A DNA stretch of 63,144 bases, filler included, from Lenisia limosa (lineage: Eukaryota > Protista > Breviatea), in NCBI GenBank assembly GCA_001655205.1. It is 10 parts of 10 records of this genome, joined end to end, with 100 filler letters (N's around TTAATTAATTAA, not from the genome) between each part and the next. Parts side by side here need not be neighbours in the genome. Positions count along the whole stretch, not along the records: positions 4,470 to 26,856 come from LPNZ01010955.1; positions 26,957 to 29,095 come from LPNZ01008957.1; positions 29,196 to 33,540 come from LPNZ01005215.1; positions 33,641 to 35,887 come from LPNZ01004340.1; positions 35,988 to 37,691 come from LPNZ01005026.1; positions 37,792 to 53,862 come from LPNZ01003957.1; 4 more parts are not named here. One strand, given 5' to 3'. The translations under genes and the position numbers were made by a program. Positions 24,804 to 37,834 of the stretch are shown in pieces. The notes beneath the pieces are model-generated. The model saw only the letters and a list, made by a program, of their open reading frames with translations, was not told the DNA's origin and ran no database searches. How positions within the stretch are numbered: position 1 is the stretch's first letter; the number at the start of each line of letters is the position of its first letter.

Positions 24804-26616
24804 TTTAGAATGCTGGAGGTAGTAGTAAGCCATTCTAGGCAGGTTCAGATGAACGGCCTCGAGGAAGGGGCTTCGGCCCTTTTTGGATAAAACGGGGGTT
24901 GAAGAATGAAGAAGTGTGGTAAAGTGTATGTGAATGATCTAATAGAGCTTTGATGAGAAAGAGAGAACGTATGAAAAAGTGTAATATGTGGATATCAAAA
25001 GGGGGGACCCAAAAGACAACAAAAAGGCCAACCGAGGGGTATGGTAGTTCCAAGTCAGATTTAGAGCCGAGCAGGTGGTTGCATATCACCCAATGCCCCT
25101 TCATCAAACTCAGGTGGAGAGGTGTGTGGCCCTAGTATAATTAAATCCCAAAGAGGGGAGTAATATTTAATACACACCTGGGGGAGGGGGGGGAGTAAAA
25201 TTGGAAAATTTATGAAACAAAAACAAAACCCAAATCATCTGTTGGCTGACAACACACAAGTTGACAATAACAAAACAAACAAAGCCCAGGGAAGGGGGGG
25301 ACTGTGATTAAATCAATACGGCGGCTCAGCCTTACCTCTTTATTTCGTGAATTGACATCGTACTTGAGATGTAACAAACACAGGGCGGCAGCAACATGCC
25401 CCATGAGACAGGCAATGTGGAGTGGGCTGTTGCCCTGGATTGGGTAAGATCATATTCTCTATATTAAAAAAAAAATTATGCATTTTACATCAAATAATGT
25501 AGAGAGGGGTGTTGTCCTAAAGGGGTTACTTACTAACTATACATAATACCATAATTTGTCATATAATAATAGTATAATATGATATTATACAATATACGAT
25601 ATACATACAAATACAGGTGTTACTTCTACGTGTGTTATCCTAGATTGGTAGTGCAATACCCCCCCCCCCAACATTTTGGTCTGGTATAAACGGATTACAT
25701 CCTTTCTTGGCCAAAGTTGAGATAGGTGCCATGAGGTTGAACCGAGCCGCACAGAGCAGCGGAGTTTCCCCGAGGCTGGAGGGGGGGGGGGNNNNNNNNN
25801 NNNNNNNNNNNNNNNNNNNNNNNNNNNNNNNNNNNNNNNNNNNNNNNNNNNNNNNNNNNNNNNNNNNNNNNNNNNNNNNNNNNNNNNNNNNNNNNNNNNN
25901 NNNNNNNNNNNNNNNNNNNNNNNNNNNNNNNNNNNNNNNNNNNNNNNNNNNNNNNNNNNNNNNNNNNNNNNNNNNNNNNNNNNNNNNNNNNNNNNNNNNN
26001 NNNNNNNNNNNNNNNNNNNNNNNNNNNNNNNNNNNNNNNNNNNNNNNNNNNNNNNNNNNNNNATCAGGGATTTTCAACTCCGGATAAACAGTCGTGAAGA
26101 AATGCGTCCAAAGGTTAATTCGCCCCCCCCCTCCCCCCCTTACCCATTTAAACTATCCACGCTACACCCCCAATGTAACAACGCGTATATAGACGCCACT
26201 CTACTTGGCTCAATCACGTTCTGAATCTAAAACGTTAATATAGTGAAACAAAAGAGGGGCACGACTTTCACCATTTTAATATAAAAAAAAACATGAATTG
26301 AAAGGTTATTATTTCTTCCCCAAAGCCAACCTCTCGATTAGAGAAAGACGTTCGAGAGCATAAAAGATGCAGACATGCTTGACCCTAAAGATGGATGTAA
26401 GCATGGTGAAATAACTCTTTTCGATGATGATGATGGTCTTGATGATGATGATTCCATATAAATACTATACCAATATCATATGATATGTATGCATTATAGT
26501 ATACCAATATTGCCCACCGAGGCGGTCCGGGCTTCTGCATTGGCTCCACTACCGAGTAAAAACACAATTGCGCGTTGCTGCGACGCCATCGACGCAACAT
26601 GCAGGGGCGTTAGCCT
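24804..26616 (-). CDS. Ankyrin-repeat protein (partial, at least 6 repeats)
   Basis: Exons 26616-26518 RLTPLHVASMASQQRAIVFLLGSGANAEARTAS; 26384-26331 GQACLHLLCS; ~26221-26144; 25775-25673 LGETPLLCAARFN; 25434-25336 GNSPLHIACLMGHVAAALCLL; 25131-25033 GHTPLHLSLMKGHW; 24878-24804 GRSPFLEAVHLNLP. All GT-AG with compatible phases. Confidence 0.9.
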
Positions 26617-27579
26617 CTGGTCGTGATGAAAACAAGGGGGGGGGGCGGTTGGAAATTGTAGACCTATGTTGCTTTTATTTTGACAAGAGAAGTAGTGTAG
26701 TTAAAGTTGTAAAAACCACTGTCCCCTCCCCTCTCAGTGAGTAGGGGGGGGAGGAGGTATCAGCACTTGTTTCACTAGAGACTTTACTGTACTTGAAATA
26801 CATTGAAATGATATGATACATATGATATTATATGTGTAACGTAGTAAACATAAATGNNNNNNNNNNNNNNNNNNNNNNNNNNNNNNNNNNNNNNNNNNNN
26901 TTAATTAATTAANNNNNNNNNNNNNNNNNNNNNNNNNNNNNNNNNNNNNNNNNNNNGATCCCGGGATTAACATACATAGTATATTGTAATTTATCGAACA
27001 TGATTAAAACCACGAACATGATTAAAACCGCCAACAAAAAAGGAGGCTTTTCTTACTATTTTTGACCCAATACCCCTCCGCATTGTTTGTAAATTATCGC
27101 CCAAAACACTCTTTTATTCAGGGTTTTATTCAAAAGCATAGACAAGGAGTATCAATATAGGGTCATGGGGTCGGTCAATCTATGTGCTTGCTAAATGCCA
27201 CCATGACCAATATTTCATTTAAAATAAGGATTATGGGCCTAAAATCGTCCCTGTAAAAAAACAAAGACGTGCTTGCACCAACAGTTTTGAATTTCGCCAT
27301 TCTTGAGCAACCTAGAGGCATATAAGTTACGTTTTCTCCAAAAATGGACTTCAAATTCGAATTCTTTTGTGTTTCTAGAGGTGGCTCTTGGATAGGCTCA
27401 AAATACTATTATTCTGAAAGAGGGGGTTTTCAAAACTATTTTGGCGTAAAGGAAACTGGGTGGCCCCGGCGGCCGGGTTCGATTCTGATATAACATATCA
27501 TTTTTTTTTCGTTGTTTTCATCTCATTTTTTTCTTTTTTTGTTTTGATGATTTTGATTGTCTGTCTAGTGTTGAAAACT

Positions 27580-28055
27580 GCCGAATTTCACACTAAAAAG
27601 GGTGTTATTGAAGCGATTTATGTCGATTTTTGGNNNNNNNNNNTAAAGCCCTCGTTCCAAAGGAACACCTGCAACACAATAAAAACTCTTTATGTCGATT
27701 TTTGGCTTGTTCGCGGTTTCAATCATGTTCGCGGTTTCAAACACCACATTGGGATTAACTGCGTTTTTCTACCTTCTTATTTTCATATCATATGTTATTC
27801 CATATTTATTTTGGACACCAGTCCCGAGGGAATATGGGGAGGGGGTGATAAGAGTTTTATTGTGTTTAANNNNNNNNNNACACCACATTGGGATAATCAA
27901 TACATATCATATGTTATTCCATATTTACTTTGGACACCAGTCCCGAGGGAATATGGGGAGGGGGTGATAAGAGTTTTATTGTGTTTAAGGGTGTTCCTCG
28001 GGATGCGAAATTTAGCCCTCGTTCCAAAGGAACACCTGTAACACAATAAAAACTC
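27580..28055. repeat. Complex direct and inverted repeat block
   Basis: ~85-bp direct repeat (~27784-27868, ~27904-27988); AGCCCTCGTTCCAAAGGAACACCTG-AACACAATAAAAACTC twice (~27647, ~28014); inverted pair GAGTTTTATTGTGTT...AACACAATAAAAACTC at 27971-28055. Confidence 0.75.
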
Positions 28056-30322
28056 CTGACAATGCCCGAGGGCGTCGTGAATGAATATGGGGAAATTATG
28101 TGCCTGCAGGAATTTCGGTTTGAGTCGGTTTTCCCAGTGATTTTCATCATTTTTGTACCTAGCGGGAAAAGTGGAGTATGCTTTTGAATATTTTGTTCAC
28201 ATTAAAGGGAGAAGGTGACAGAAGGGGACCTCAAACATGAGCGAGGCTGGCTTTTTTGACATCTTTACAGATCGCTAACTTTTTTCAGCTTTGCCCTTTT
28301 GTGCTGATAATCCTTTGTTACTTCATCTTCCGGAGACATTGTCTTAAAGAAATCGGACTATTTTTGTGATTTTGCGATTTCTGAGATTTGGAAAAACAAT
28401 TAAGCATGTTTCATAGTTTGGTGATTTTTTTTTTATTTTTTTGATCTGGGACCCAAATGTTTATGAATTTTAGTAATTTCAGTCAAAATGACATTTATCT
28501 CGAGTTTTTTTTTTTTAAAAAATACAAAATCTGAAAAATATAAAATCCAGAACTGTTTCACACATAATTGTTATATTTTCTTTCGAAGCAGTTGTTCCAA
28601 AAACAGCTATAATGTTTATCCATCATAACAAGACAGATAATATATATCATATCGATATGATATGTGTGTTGTATATCGATCATATAGTAATATTTATATT
28701 TGGTAGACAAAATTCACAAAAGAGTGGCTGGAATCAATTTCGTTTCACTTTTCTTTTATGAGCGAGTTTGACAAAGTCATGTGACAAGTCACAGTAGTGT
28801 GCACTCACCTTCATATCATATCGTCCATATATCTGTGAATTTTCCTCTATCTGTGAATTTAATTGAACTATGCGACAAATTTTGCTAAAAATATGGCATA
28901 TAACTAAGAAAATTGTAACACTCTTGTAAAAATGACAATAACTTTTATTTGTTGATGACAACACTCTTGTATCAAAAATACCTTACTGTTATTTGTTGAT
29001 GACAGCATTTTAATTTGGCGAGATTGCTGCTTATTTGTCAAGCGTATGGTAAATATAAAATATATCAATTATATCGTCATAAAAATGGGTTCAACNNNNN
29101 NNNNNNNNNNNNNNNNNNNNNNNNNNNNNNNNNNNNNNNTTAATTAATTAANNNNNNNNNNNNNNNNNNNNNNNNNNNNNNNNNNNNNNNNNNNNCTGCC
29201 CCTCAGCCGCAGCCTGTGGCCAGGGCAATCGCTGGAGCCTTGACAGTGACAAGTGGGGGGAATGCTGATGAAAGAGGGGTGGAAGGGGTGGAAGGGGTGG
29301 AAGTGGTGTGACATAAAGGATGACAGCTTGAACAGTTTGTACAGAATATTTAATTATTAACTAAAAGACATTCTGCACGACTAGTGACAAGTGGTGGGAG
29401 GTTGAAACTGTTGATAATTTGAACAGATCTTTTAATTATAAACTGAAAGACGTTTGTTGAAAGAGGGACATAGCATTGGCCCTTTCTTACCCTTAAAGAA
29501 ACTACCATGAGGGCAGTACTGTCCCCTCACTTCCTACCATGCCTTCCTCGTTAACTTTGGACGTTTCTGAGGCTCTGAAGCAATGGGCACATGGTAACAC
29601 CACTACTGTGCCAAGCTGGTTAGTGGGGGTCTTAAATTGGTTTTTGTTGTTTTGGAACTGTTTTTGATAGTTAATATTCATATTGCCTTACTCATTCACT
29701 TATCATATAGGGCACTTACCTTATCGGGAAGGGCCTCGTCCCTTGTGTTTGAAAACACCTTTTCCATCAAGGTGGCGTCCTTGTATGTTCCTCGCACACT
29801 CTCTCCTCGCGCCTCAGGCACTTTCAACAGGGATAGGAACAATGACTTCGAATTGTTTGGTATGCTAGTTAAGAGTTTTATTATTATTATTATTATTCTT
29901 ATTCTTATTTGTATTATTATTATTGATGGTGTAGATGGCTTCGGCCAGACATCCTATATTTTATTTCTCATTGCTATTTATTATTATTAATTTTTTTCTT
30001 TTTTTCTATGAACGATCACAAATTGATCCCCCTGGTATTGTTAACTCCTACGACTCGCCACAGCCAATTGTAATGTAATCCCCCCCGCCGCCGCTCTCAA
30101 TACTTTAGGATCTCTCAGGGCTTGTTTTTTTGTTTTTGTTTTTGTTTTTGTTTTTGTTTGAGTGAAAATCGTCGAAACAGTATTTTTACTCCCTCCCCCC
30201 CCCCAGGATGTCTTATCTCTACCTCCGAGCCCCGNNNNNNNNNNNNNNNNNNNNNNNNNNNNNNNNNNNNNNNNNNNNNNNNNNNNNNNNNNNNNNNNNN
30301 NNNNNNNNNNNNNNNNNNNNNN

Positions 30323-33191
30323 GCCTCTTCCGGTAGCCACAATCACATCCGGATCCCTTGTCAATATTGACGGGCCTTGGATTGGTGACTCATGGGCAAT
30401 CACGTCTACTGTTCACCCGCTTGTAACATTCCACGCTTCTTCCTTCAAAGGACAAGTCACAATCAGCCGCAGAACGAACGTCCTCGATAATACGGATGTT
30501 CTTGAGCATATCACTTCGGGCATTCGCTTCGGATGGACTATGACCCCCCTGTTCCCAGATTTCGACGCTGTTTGCGGAGGACCTGTTATTGGACCCGCCC
30601 CAGGCTCACGCGATATTTTACGCGCCGCGCGCGGTCCTGATGACGTGTGCGTTGGATACACGGAAGTGTCGGTAATTTTAACTTCCGTCGGAACCTCTGT
30701 TGCCAACTTCCGATCCACTGTTGACACTTCACAAGGTTTGTGGGTCCTGCTGATTGCCCTCCTTGAAGCTGGCAATATGATATGGGTAGGGCATCACTTC
30801 GATCCAGAAAATGACTGAATCTCGATAAATCATCGATATATTTCGATAGTTTACCGATCTTTTTCGTACCTAGGTGGAGCTAGATTGGGTTATAGATAAC
30901 CCTGTTGTTTTTTGTTTTGTTTTTCATTGCTATAATTACTATGTTTGTGATGGTGGTGGTTTCGACCATTTACCGCTTACATATTATATCATATTCATCT
31001 TGAAATTTCCTTCCATTGCCTTCACCCCCCCCCCCNNNNNNNNNNNNNNNNNNNNNNNNNNNNNNNNNNNNNNNNNNNNNNNNNNNNNNNNNNNNNNNNN
31101 NNNNNNNNNNNNNNNNNNNNNNNNNNNNNNNNNNNNNNNNNNNNNNNNNNNNNNNNNNNNNNNNNNNNNNNNNNNNNNNNNNNNNNNNNNNNNNNNNNNN
31201 NNNNNNNNNNNNNNNNNNNNNNNNNNNNNNNCAAAAGGGACACGCTGGTTGTTGGCGGCTCCGTTTCCGGCTCGGTTTTGCTCCGGTATGATCTCAGGGC
31301 CTTGCTTCATATGATGTACTAAATATGTGACTTCAGACTATTTTTGAACCGAAGTGAAGATATTATAGAGTGGTGGTTGTGGAACCTTTGTATGACCCCC
31401 TAGGGACGCCTTCAACAACACTATCGAGGCAGCAGACTACCCCTGGGCCTCCGCACCCATCCTGTCAACTATCCGCTACGAAACCGGCCTGTCTTACCAG
31501 GGTTCTGTAGAGCTTATTTCGGGTGAGGGGGGATATTGGTACTCCCAGATACAAATATTCACATTTTTACACACACGCATAGTACACAAATACTCACATT
31601 TTCAGGCACCAACGAAGCCCGGTGGACAGTCGATACCCCTCATTCCGGTAATTTCTTCGTGGACCTCGAGTGCTCCAGCCAAAAACTCCCCGGAACAGAC
31701 CTTCTCAAATACACGGTTCCCAACGATCCGCCCTCTGTCCAACCCGTTGATAGACTCGAAGTTGACGAGGACGGTGTCGTCGAAGCCAAGTTCTTCGGCG
31801 ACGATACGGAGGACCAAGGGCTCATTTTTGTTATCACAAACCTCCCCGCGTCCGGATCCCTTTTCTTCAAATCTAATCAAACTTGGATTGCCATCGCCAG
31901 CGCACCCACTCCCATTCACGAAAACACTATCCGGTACTCCCCCACGCCTGACAGCTGTGGTTTTGAAACGTCCTTCAATTTCCTAGCTAACGACGGGTAC
32001 GATGACAGCGCCGAGGAAACAGTTCAGATTTCTGTCAATTGTGTCAATGACGGTCCATCTATCTCGCCCCTCCCTGCCTTAACTTCAGGCTTCTCAGTCA
32101 TTTCTGGTTCGGAAGTCTGTATATCCGGCCCACTCGCTACTTTTGCCGATATCGACTCCGACTTGCTGACGTCATCGGTCCAGTTCCAAGCTTCCGACGG
32201 CTCGGTAGTTAAGCTTGCCATGTCTTTCGCTGACAAAACCACCTCCATCCGCTTCATTGACGACACGTCCTTCCTCGCCCGCTACTGTGAGGACTCCGGT
32301 CCTGCCGCTACTGTCACCCATCAAGTCTTCACCGATGTCCTCCAACTTTTGCCTGAAACCACCAGTGTAATCCTGACCCGGCCGAATCTCGGCGCGATCC
32401 GCCACTTTGCCCAAACAAGGACGTATGCCCATCATATCACGGCTGCTGTTCTGAAACTGCACGTCATATCTGGCTGCTTGGAATGGGCAGACCACCCGGT
32501 GACCCTTCATAAAATTGCCGAATCGTGGAACCCGGATAATGTCACTTGCTCATCCCGGTCCGACCCGGATGGCTCCGGCGGCTCGGATGGACCCGATGTT
32601 TGGACCGACGGAACTCTGTCGGAAGCTGCGGCAGAATGGCCCGTTTTGGCAACTGCCATTCCGAGAATTGATGCGACCGGACTTTGCTGGCTCGAGTTCA
32701 ACGTCACTGATGACGTCATCACCTCCATCACCGCCGGACCAACTATGGGTCTGGTAACCAACCATTTCGGCTATGCCTTCTTTGCCGCCACCGGAATCAA
32801 CGCCTCCGAGCCTCTCGTCTTCTCACAGTCCGAAAGTGATATCTGGTCACGGCCTGGCGTTTCTGTCAACTACGTCGGAAGACAAACGGCGTTTTCCGAT
32901 ATTACAACAAGGACCTTCGGCCCCGCCGCCGCCTCTTCCCCCAGTCTCAACCACGACTACACCTGCATTACCACCTCAGCCGCTCCGGATGCCGTAATTA
33001 ACGTCACCGTTTCGATCTCTGACGGCGAATATTCCGCTGAAACTTCTGGGGCGATTACGATATTATCCGCCCTTGTCCTTCCTCCCGCACCGATTTGGCC
33101 AAACTTCACGGCCTCGGTGAAGGAGGCGGAAAAACCCATTGAATGTGCCACCGGATGTCTCACTACTATGCCTGGGGATGGTATTTGCCAA
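30323..33191 (+). CDS. Large secreted/surface protein with Big_9/cadherin-like repeat, DNRLRE-like domain and LNR-like Cys motif (partial)
   Basis: Exons ~30323-30785, ~31232-31286, ~31403-31522 and 31606-33191. Contains NDPPSV..EVDEDG...VITNLPASGSL..IRYSP..FNFLANDG..VQISVNCVNDGP (Big_9/cadherin-like), AVLKLHV..VTLHKIAESWNPDNVT..WLEFNVTDDV..NHFGY (DNRLRE/CBM96-like) and CATGCLTTMPGDGICQ (LNR-like). Confidence 0.8.
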
Positions 33192-34347
33192 GTGGGGGGG
33201 GGGTCTCAATACCTGTTTTGTTTTTTTTTTGCTTTTTTCTCAATTTCGATTTCCTTTTGCGTAATAATCCTGACAAATCACGTCATTCCTCATGTACTAG
33301 TCTAACAAGTCTCCTTTCTACAATGTACATAATAATAAGCTGTGTGTGCAGAGTTATAATGCAAATAATTGGGTGAATTAATATTATACTCTAATCCAAT
33401 ATCTCTCGTAGTCATCTTTCCACAAAAAGTAGATTCTACATTTTGACTAGATTTTTTTAAAAAAAAAATTGACTTGTCACTCATTGATATCGCAGGATGA
33501 ATGCCGCACTTCAAGCTGTCTCTTCGATCTGAGAGACTGTNNNNNNNNNNNNNNNNNNNNNNNNNNNNNNNNNNNNNNNNNNNNTTAATTAATTAANNNN
33601 NNNNNNNNNNNNNNNNNNNNNNNNNNNNNNNNNNNNNNNNAGCCCAGGCCAGTCGCTTCTGCAGCCCCTCATCCCATCACCCCGGCATACGTAAAAAAAT
33701 AGGTATTTAGGGGTTAGGGTGAAAAAATATCAACTACTGGCTTACAACATAAAACAAACAAAATTAACTCTACTGGCTCGCAACACTCGAGGTTTTGAAA
33801 ACAACAAAACAAAGATGGGGGGGAGGAGATGGNNNNNNNNNNNNNNNNNNNNNNNNNNNNNNNNNNNNNNNNNNNNNNNNNNNNNNNNNNNNNNNNNNNN
33901 NNNNNNNNNNNNNNNNNNNNNNNNNNNNNNNNNNNNNNNNNNNNNNNNNNNNNNNNNNNNNNNNNNNNNNNNNNNNNNNNNNNNNNNNNNCTACCACAGC
34001 TAAAAACGTCATAATTGTTTCATATCTTATTTTTTTCTGTCATATGATTTTGTCATAAAACTTCATGATTAAACAAAAAATTTGTCATAAACTTGACATG
34101 ATGGTGCGTGATATCATTCACCAATACCGCTAAAAATAATATAAGTTTTGTGCTAAATATATAATAAATTATTTCAACATTCTGTCATCATTGCTTCAAA
34201 ACTGCTTCATATTGGACTGTCTCATAGTGATATTATAAATAAGTAATATTTTGTCATAAATAAGTCATAAATAAGTCATAAATTGATCACAAAAATTCAC
34301 TCTGCCCCAAAATTTAATTTCATGATTTACTTACGAAACATATCAGA

Positions 34348-37240
34348 CCATTTTTCTTCTTGCGGGTATTCCGTTTACGGGGAGAAGGGGCAGCCAAAGG
34401 CGTGGCAACATCATCTTCAGATTCGAACTCTTCATCAGGTAAATCTTCAGCCTCATTGGGAGACTCGAAGTCAGAGGACTGCGGGGACTCGACTTTCACT
34501 GAGCGTCTGGGGGGGGGGGGGNNNNNNNNNNNNNNNNNNNNNNNNNNNNNNNNNNNNNNNNNNNNNNNNNNNNNNNNNNNNNNNNNNNNNNNNNNNNNNN
34601 NNNNNNNNNNNNNNNNNNNNNNNNNNNNNNNNNNNCCCAAAATCGTTAAAACAAAGAAAATGTTATTGGCAATATTTAGGGCTTCACTTCGGTTTAGGAA
34701 AATATCGGTAGTCTTTGAAGATTTATCGAAAAAATCAGTCTTTTTTCGAAGTGAGGCCCATGCAATAATATGAGGGAGGGGAGGAGGCTAACCGTTTCCT
34801 CTGGGGGGCTGGCGACGGCGTACGAACTTCTTTGGGAGAGGGGAAATCCTCGGATTCAGCTTCGATTTCTTCCTGCTCAACTTCTTCATCATGTTCCATT
34901 TCCTGATGCTCCATTTGTTGTTGTTCATTCATTTGTTGATGCTCGCAGATTTGACGATTCTCAAGGTCGAGTTTGAGGAGGGGCCTCCCCTTACGCCCTC
35001 TTCGAACCGGCAAACTAGGGGTTGGTGAATAATAGAAAAAATTTTAAAACAAAAAAAACAACTCTGTTGGCTGACAACACGAGGGTTGATAACAAAAAAA
35101 AAAAAAAAAAAANNNNNNNNNNNNNNNNNNNNNNNNNNNNNNNNNNNNNNNNNNNNNNNNNNNNNNNNNNNNNNNNNNNNNNNNNNNNNCAGTGTACAGT
35201 AAAATTGGAAAATATCTGAAACAATAAAGCCCAAAATGGTCTTTGTTTGGAACCACAGGGAAGCCCTAATAGTGATCCCCTCTCTTTTTTCCATAAAATA
35301 CTTAAAAAATAAGGTTGTATTTGGCAAAAGCCGTCCACATCGTCACGCTTATGAGAGATAATGAATTATAGTATATCGTACTAATTCACCAAAAAATTTG
35401 TCTTCCAACTATGTGCACACAGCTTTCTGCGTCCCTCCCCAGCATAGATTATAGTAATTACTAATTCACCAAATAATTTGTCTTCCAACTTTGTGCACAC
35501 AGCTTTTTATGTCTCCATATAGTATATATATGAATACTCCCCTCACAATTACTCTGCTCAACAAAATTAAATATTGCAAGGACGTGTGGTTAGTTAATAG
35601 AGGATATCAATATCTATAAATGCTTAGCGATTAGCGATTAAAAACCCAATTTTCGCAAAGGATAATCTGGTGAGCCTATGAGGACGATAAATTAATAAAA
35701 TGATTAAAATGACACAAAATGAAATAATGACGAAATAAGAAATACCCTCCCCTCACGGTTTGGTGGGAGTGTCAAAGTCTGCGGGGGGCAAGGCGCTGGG
35801 AGGGAGGGCCGCCTCATACGTGAGTTGAAAAAAAAAAAAAATAGTAACATTAATAACAGCGTGGAGAATATATAATCTAAGTACAACNNNNNNNNNNNNN
35901 NNNNNNNNNNNNNNNNNNNNNNNNNNNNNNNTTAATTAATTAANNNNNNNNNNNNNNNNNNNNNNNNNNNNNNNNNNNNNNNNNNNNTTGGGAAACAAAT
36001 GAGGCTCGAAAACAACTCAACAAAGCTAGGGCACTTCTCTTTCACCCCCCCCCCCTCCCCCTAAAAACTAGTCTTCTTACACGTCCTTCACATATTCCCT
36101 ATCTAAGATCCTGCTCTTTTCACCCTCCCTCCCCTCACCTTGTTGAACTTCATTTGCAGGTAGAATAAGAAGTTGGCCTGGGTAGCATTGAGAGACTGAC
36201 CTGAGGGTGGGGGAGTAAAACGAAGGAATTTCAATGTAACATATTGGCGTAAAGGTACCGTAACGAACCAAATAATCTGAAACTCCTATATAGTAATATA
36301 GTCTATATATACAGTGACCAGGATAAGTCTTGACCGATTTGCAATGTAATTTCCCAGGGAAAATAGGTATCCCGGTCACTGTATTAGTATCATATCATTC
36401 AGCATACCTGCGCGTTATACAATATCACATGCAGCTATATATATATGATATATACAAATGCTATACCACATGCAACCTACCCGAGCGTTTGGCCGCGGTC
36501 AGTTGCTGGAACATTTGGTTCTGTTTGGCCGGGTCCATTTTATTGACCTGGAGGGGAGGGGGGGGGGGGNNNNNNNNNNNNNNNNNNNNNNNNNNNNNNN
36601 NNNNNNNNNNNNNNNNNNNNNNNNNNNNNNNNNNNNNNNNNNNNNNNNNNNNNNNNNNNNNNNNNNNNNNNNNNNNNNNNNNNNNNNNNNNNNNNNNNNN
36701 NNNNNNNNNNNNNNNNNNNNNNNNNNNNNNNNNNNNNNNNNNNNNNNNNNNNNNNNNNNNNNNNNNNNNNNNNNNNNNNNNNNNNNAAATGAAGTAAAGC
36801 AGAGCCAAGAAGGAGAGCAATAGTCGTCACCCGCGTACTTGCAACATACAGACAAAGAGCTGCATAAGCGGTGTGAGGGGCTGGCCAGATGCCTGTTAAG
36901 TTAGCTGGTGAAATTCAAGATGAGCTCATTATAGGGGAAGAAAAAAGAGGTTATATTGTCCGAAGCCGTCCACCCAATTCACATTAAGGAACAATCTATC
37001 AGCAATAATAGTACATATCTCTTTCACCCCCCCCCCCCNNNNNNNNNNNNNNNNNNNNNNNNNNNNNNNNNNNNNNNNNNNNNNNNNNNNNNNNNNNNNN
37101 NNNNNNNNNNNNNNNNNNNNNNNNNNNNNNNNNNNNNNNNNNNNNNNNNNNNNNGGCATGCCCGCGATCTGCTTGAAGTTGAGGACCATGGCCTTCTCAG
37201 CCGCCTGGTCCACACTGTTGCCGCCGCCAACCTTTCGGAT
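34348..37240 (-). CDS. Multi-exon gene of unknown function with acidic low-complexity C-terminal exons
   Basis: Minus-strand exons with C-run acceptors and G-run donors: VGGGNSVDQAAEKAMVLNFKQIAGM, NLTGIWPAPHTAYAALC, VNKMDPAKQNQMFQQLTAAKRSG, QSLNATQANFLFYLQMKFNK, LPVRRGRKG..EEVEQEEIEAESED, RSVKVESPQSSDFESPNEAEDLPDEEFESEDD. Crosses a spacer, so continuity is uncertain. Confidence 0.5.
34677..34761. mobile_element. hAT-type MITE copy
   Basis: TAGGGCTTCACTTCGG...CGAAGTGAGGCCCAT; flanks GCAATATT/GCAATAAT (7/8). Confidence 0.85.
35320..35510 (-). repeat. Intronic repeat family R1 (hairpin element), long copy with internal ~62-nt tandem duplication
   Basis: Approximate consensus (sense) GCAGAAAGCTGTGTGCACAGAGTTG..AAATTATTTGGTGAATTA..ATCCAATATCTCGTATAAGCGTGATGATGTGGACGGCTTCGGCCAGA. 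Partial copies at ~303, 2982, 11205, 20222, 29928, 33337, 36958, 37675, 41558, 42350 and 58815. Confidence 0.8.
36201..36276 (-). repeat. Intronic repeat family R2 copy ending at a 3' splice site
   Basis: GGAGTTTCAGATTATTTGGTTCGTTACGGTACCTTTACGCCAATATG..GAAATTCCTTCGTTTTACTCCCCCACCCTCAG, followed directly by an exon. Confidence 0.8.
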
Positions 37241-37834
37241 GTCAGGGGGGATATTATGAAGAATATTGGCATAAAGGTACTCACGAACAGAATAAGGGAA
37301 TTAAAGCTAGAAAATACGAAATAAAAATCGTGGGGGTGTTAGGTTAGATTGGTGAGCGTGAGGGAGTCAATATTGTTGTTTTACCCCAAGGCAAAAAACT
37401 AAAACAAGAAATATTGCCACAAATTTGATTCTCCAAGCTTTCCTGATTAGGCAATAACACTGACAAATTTTCCTTATCAGGCAAAAGTACCAACCAGTTT
37501 TCCTCCAGCGTTGAACGCCTTTCCACGGTCAAATGCAGAGGGTGCGGGGGTGGGAGAAGCAGTTGGTGTCACTTGCATTTGTGCCTTTAATGTATGATAA
37601 TGTAAGAAAATGTAAGCAGGTAAGAATGTATCCATTTAATATATATAGCAATGAGAAATAAAAAATAAAGATGTATCTAGCCGAAGCCGTCNNNNNNNNN
37701 NNNNNNNNNNNNNNNNNNNNNNNNNNNNNNNNNNNTTAATTAATTAANNNNNNNNNNNNNNNNNNNNNNNNNNNNNNNNNNNNNNNNNNNNTAACGCACA
37801 CATTTACCCCCTCCTTTACCTCACTCCACCCCAG

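Noticed and set aside
27460-28041. 193-aa ORF from the track
   Set aside because: Runs through repeats and N gaps with low-complexity composition; not a credible protein.
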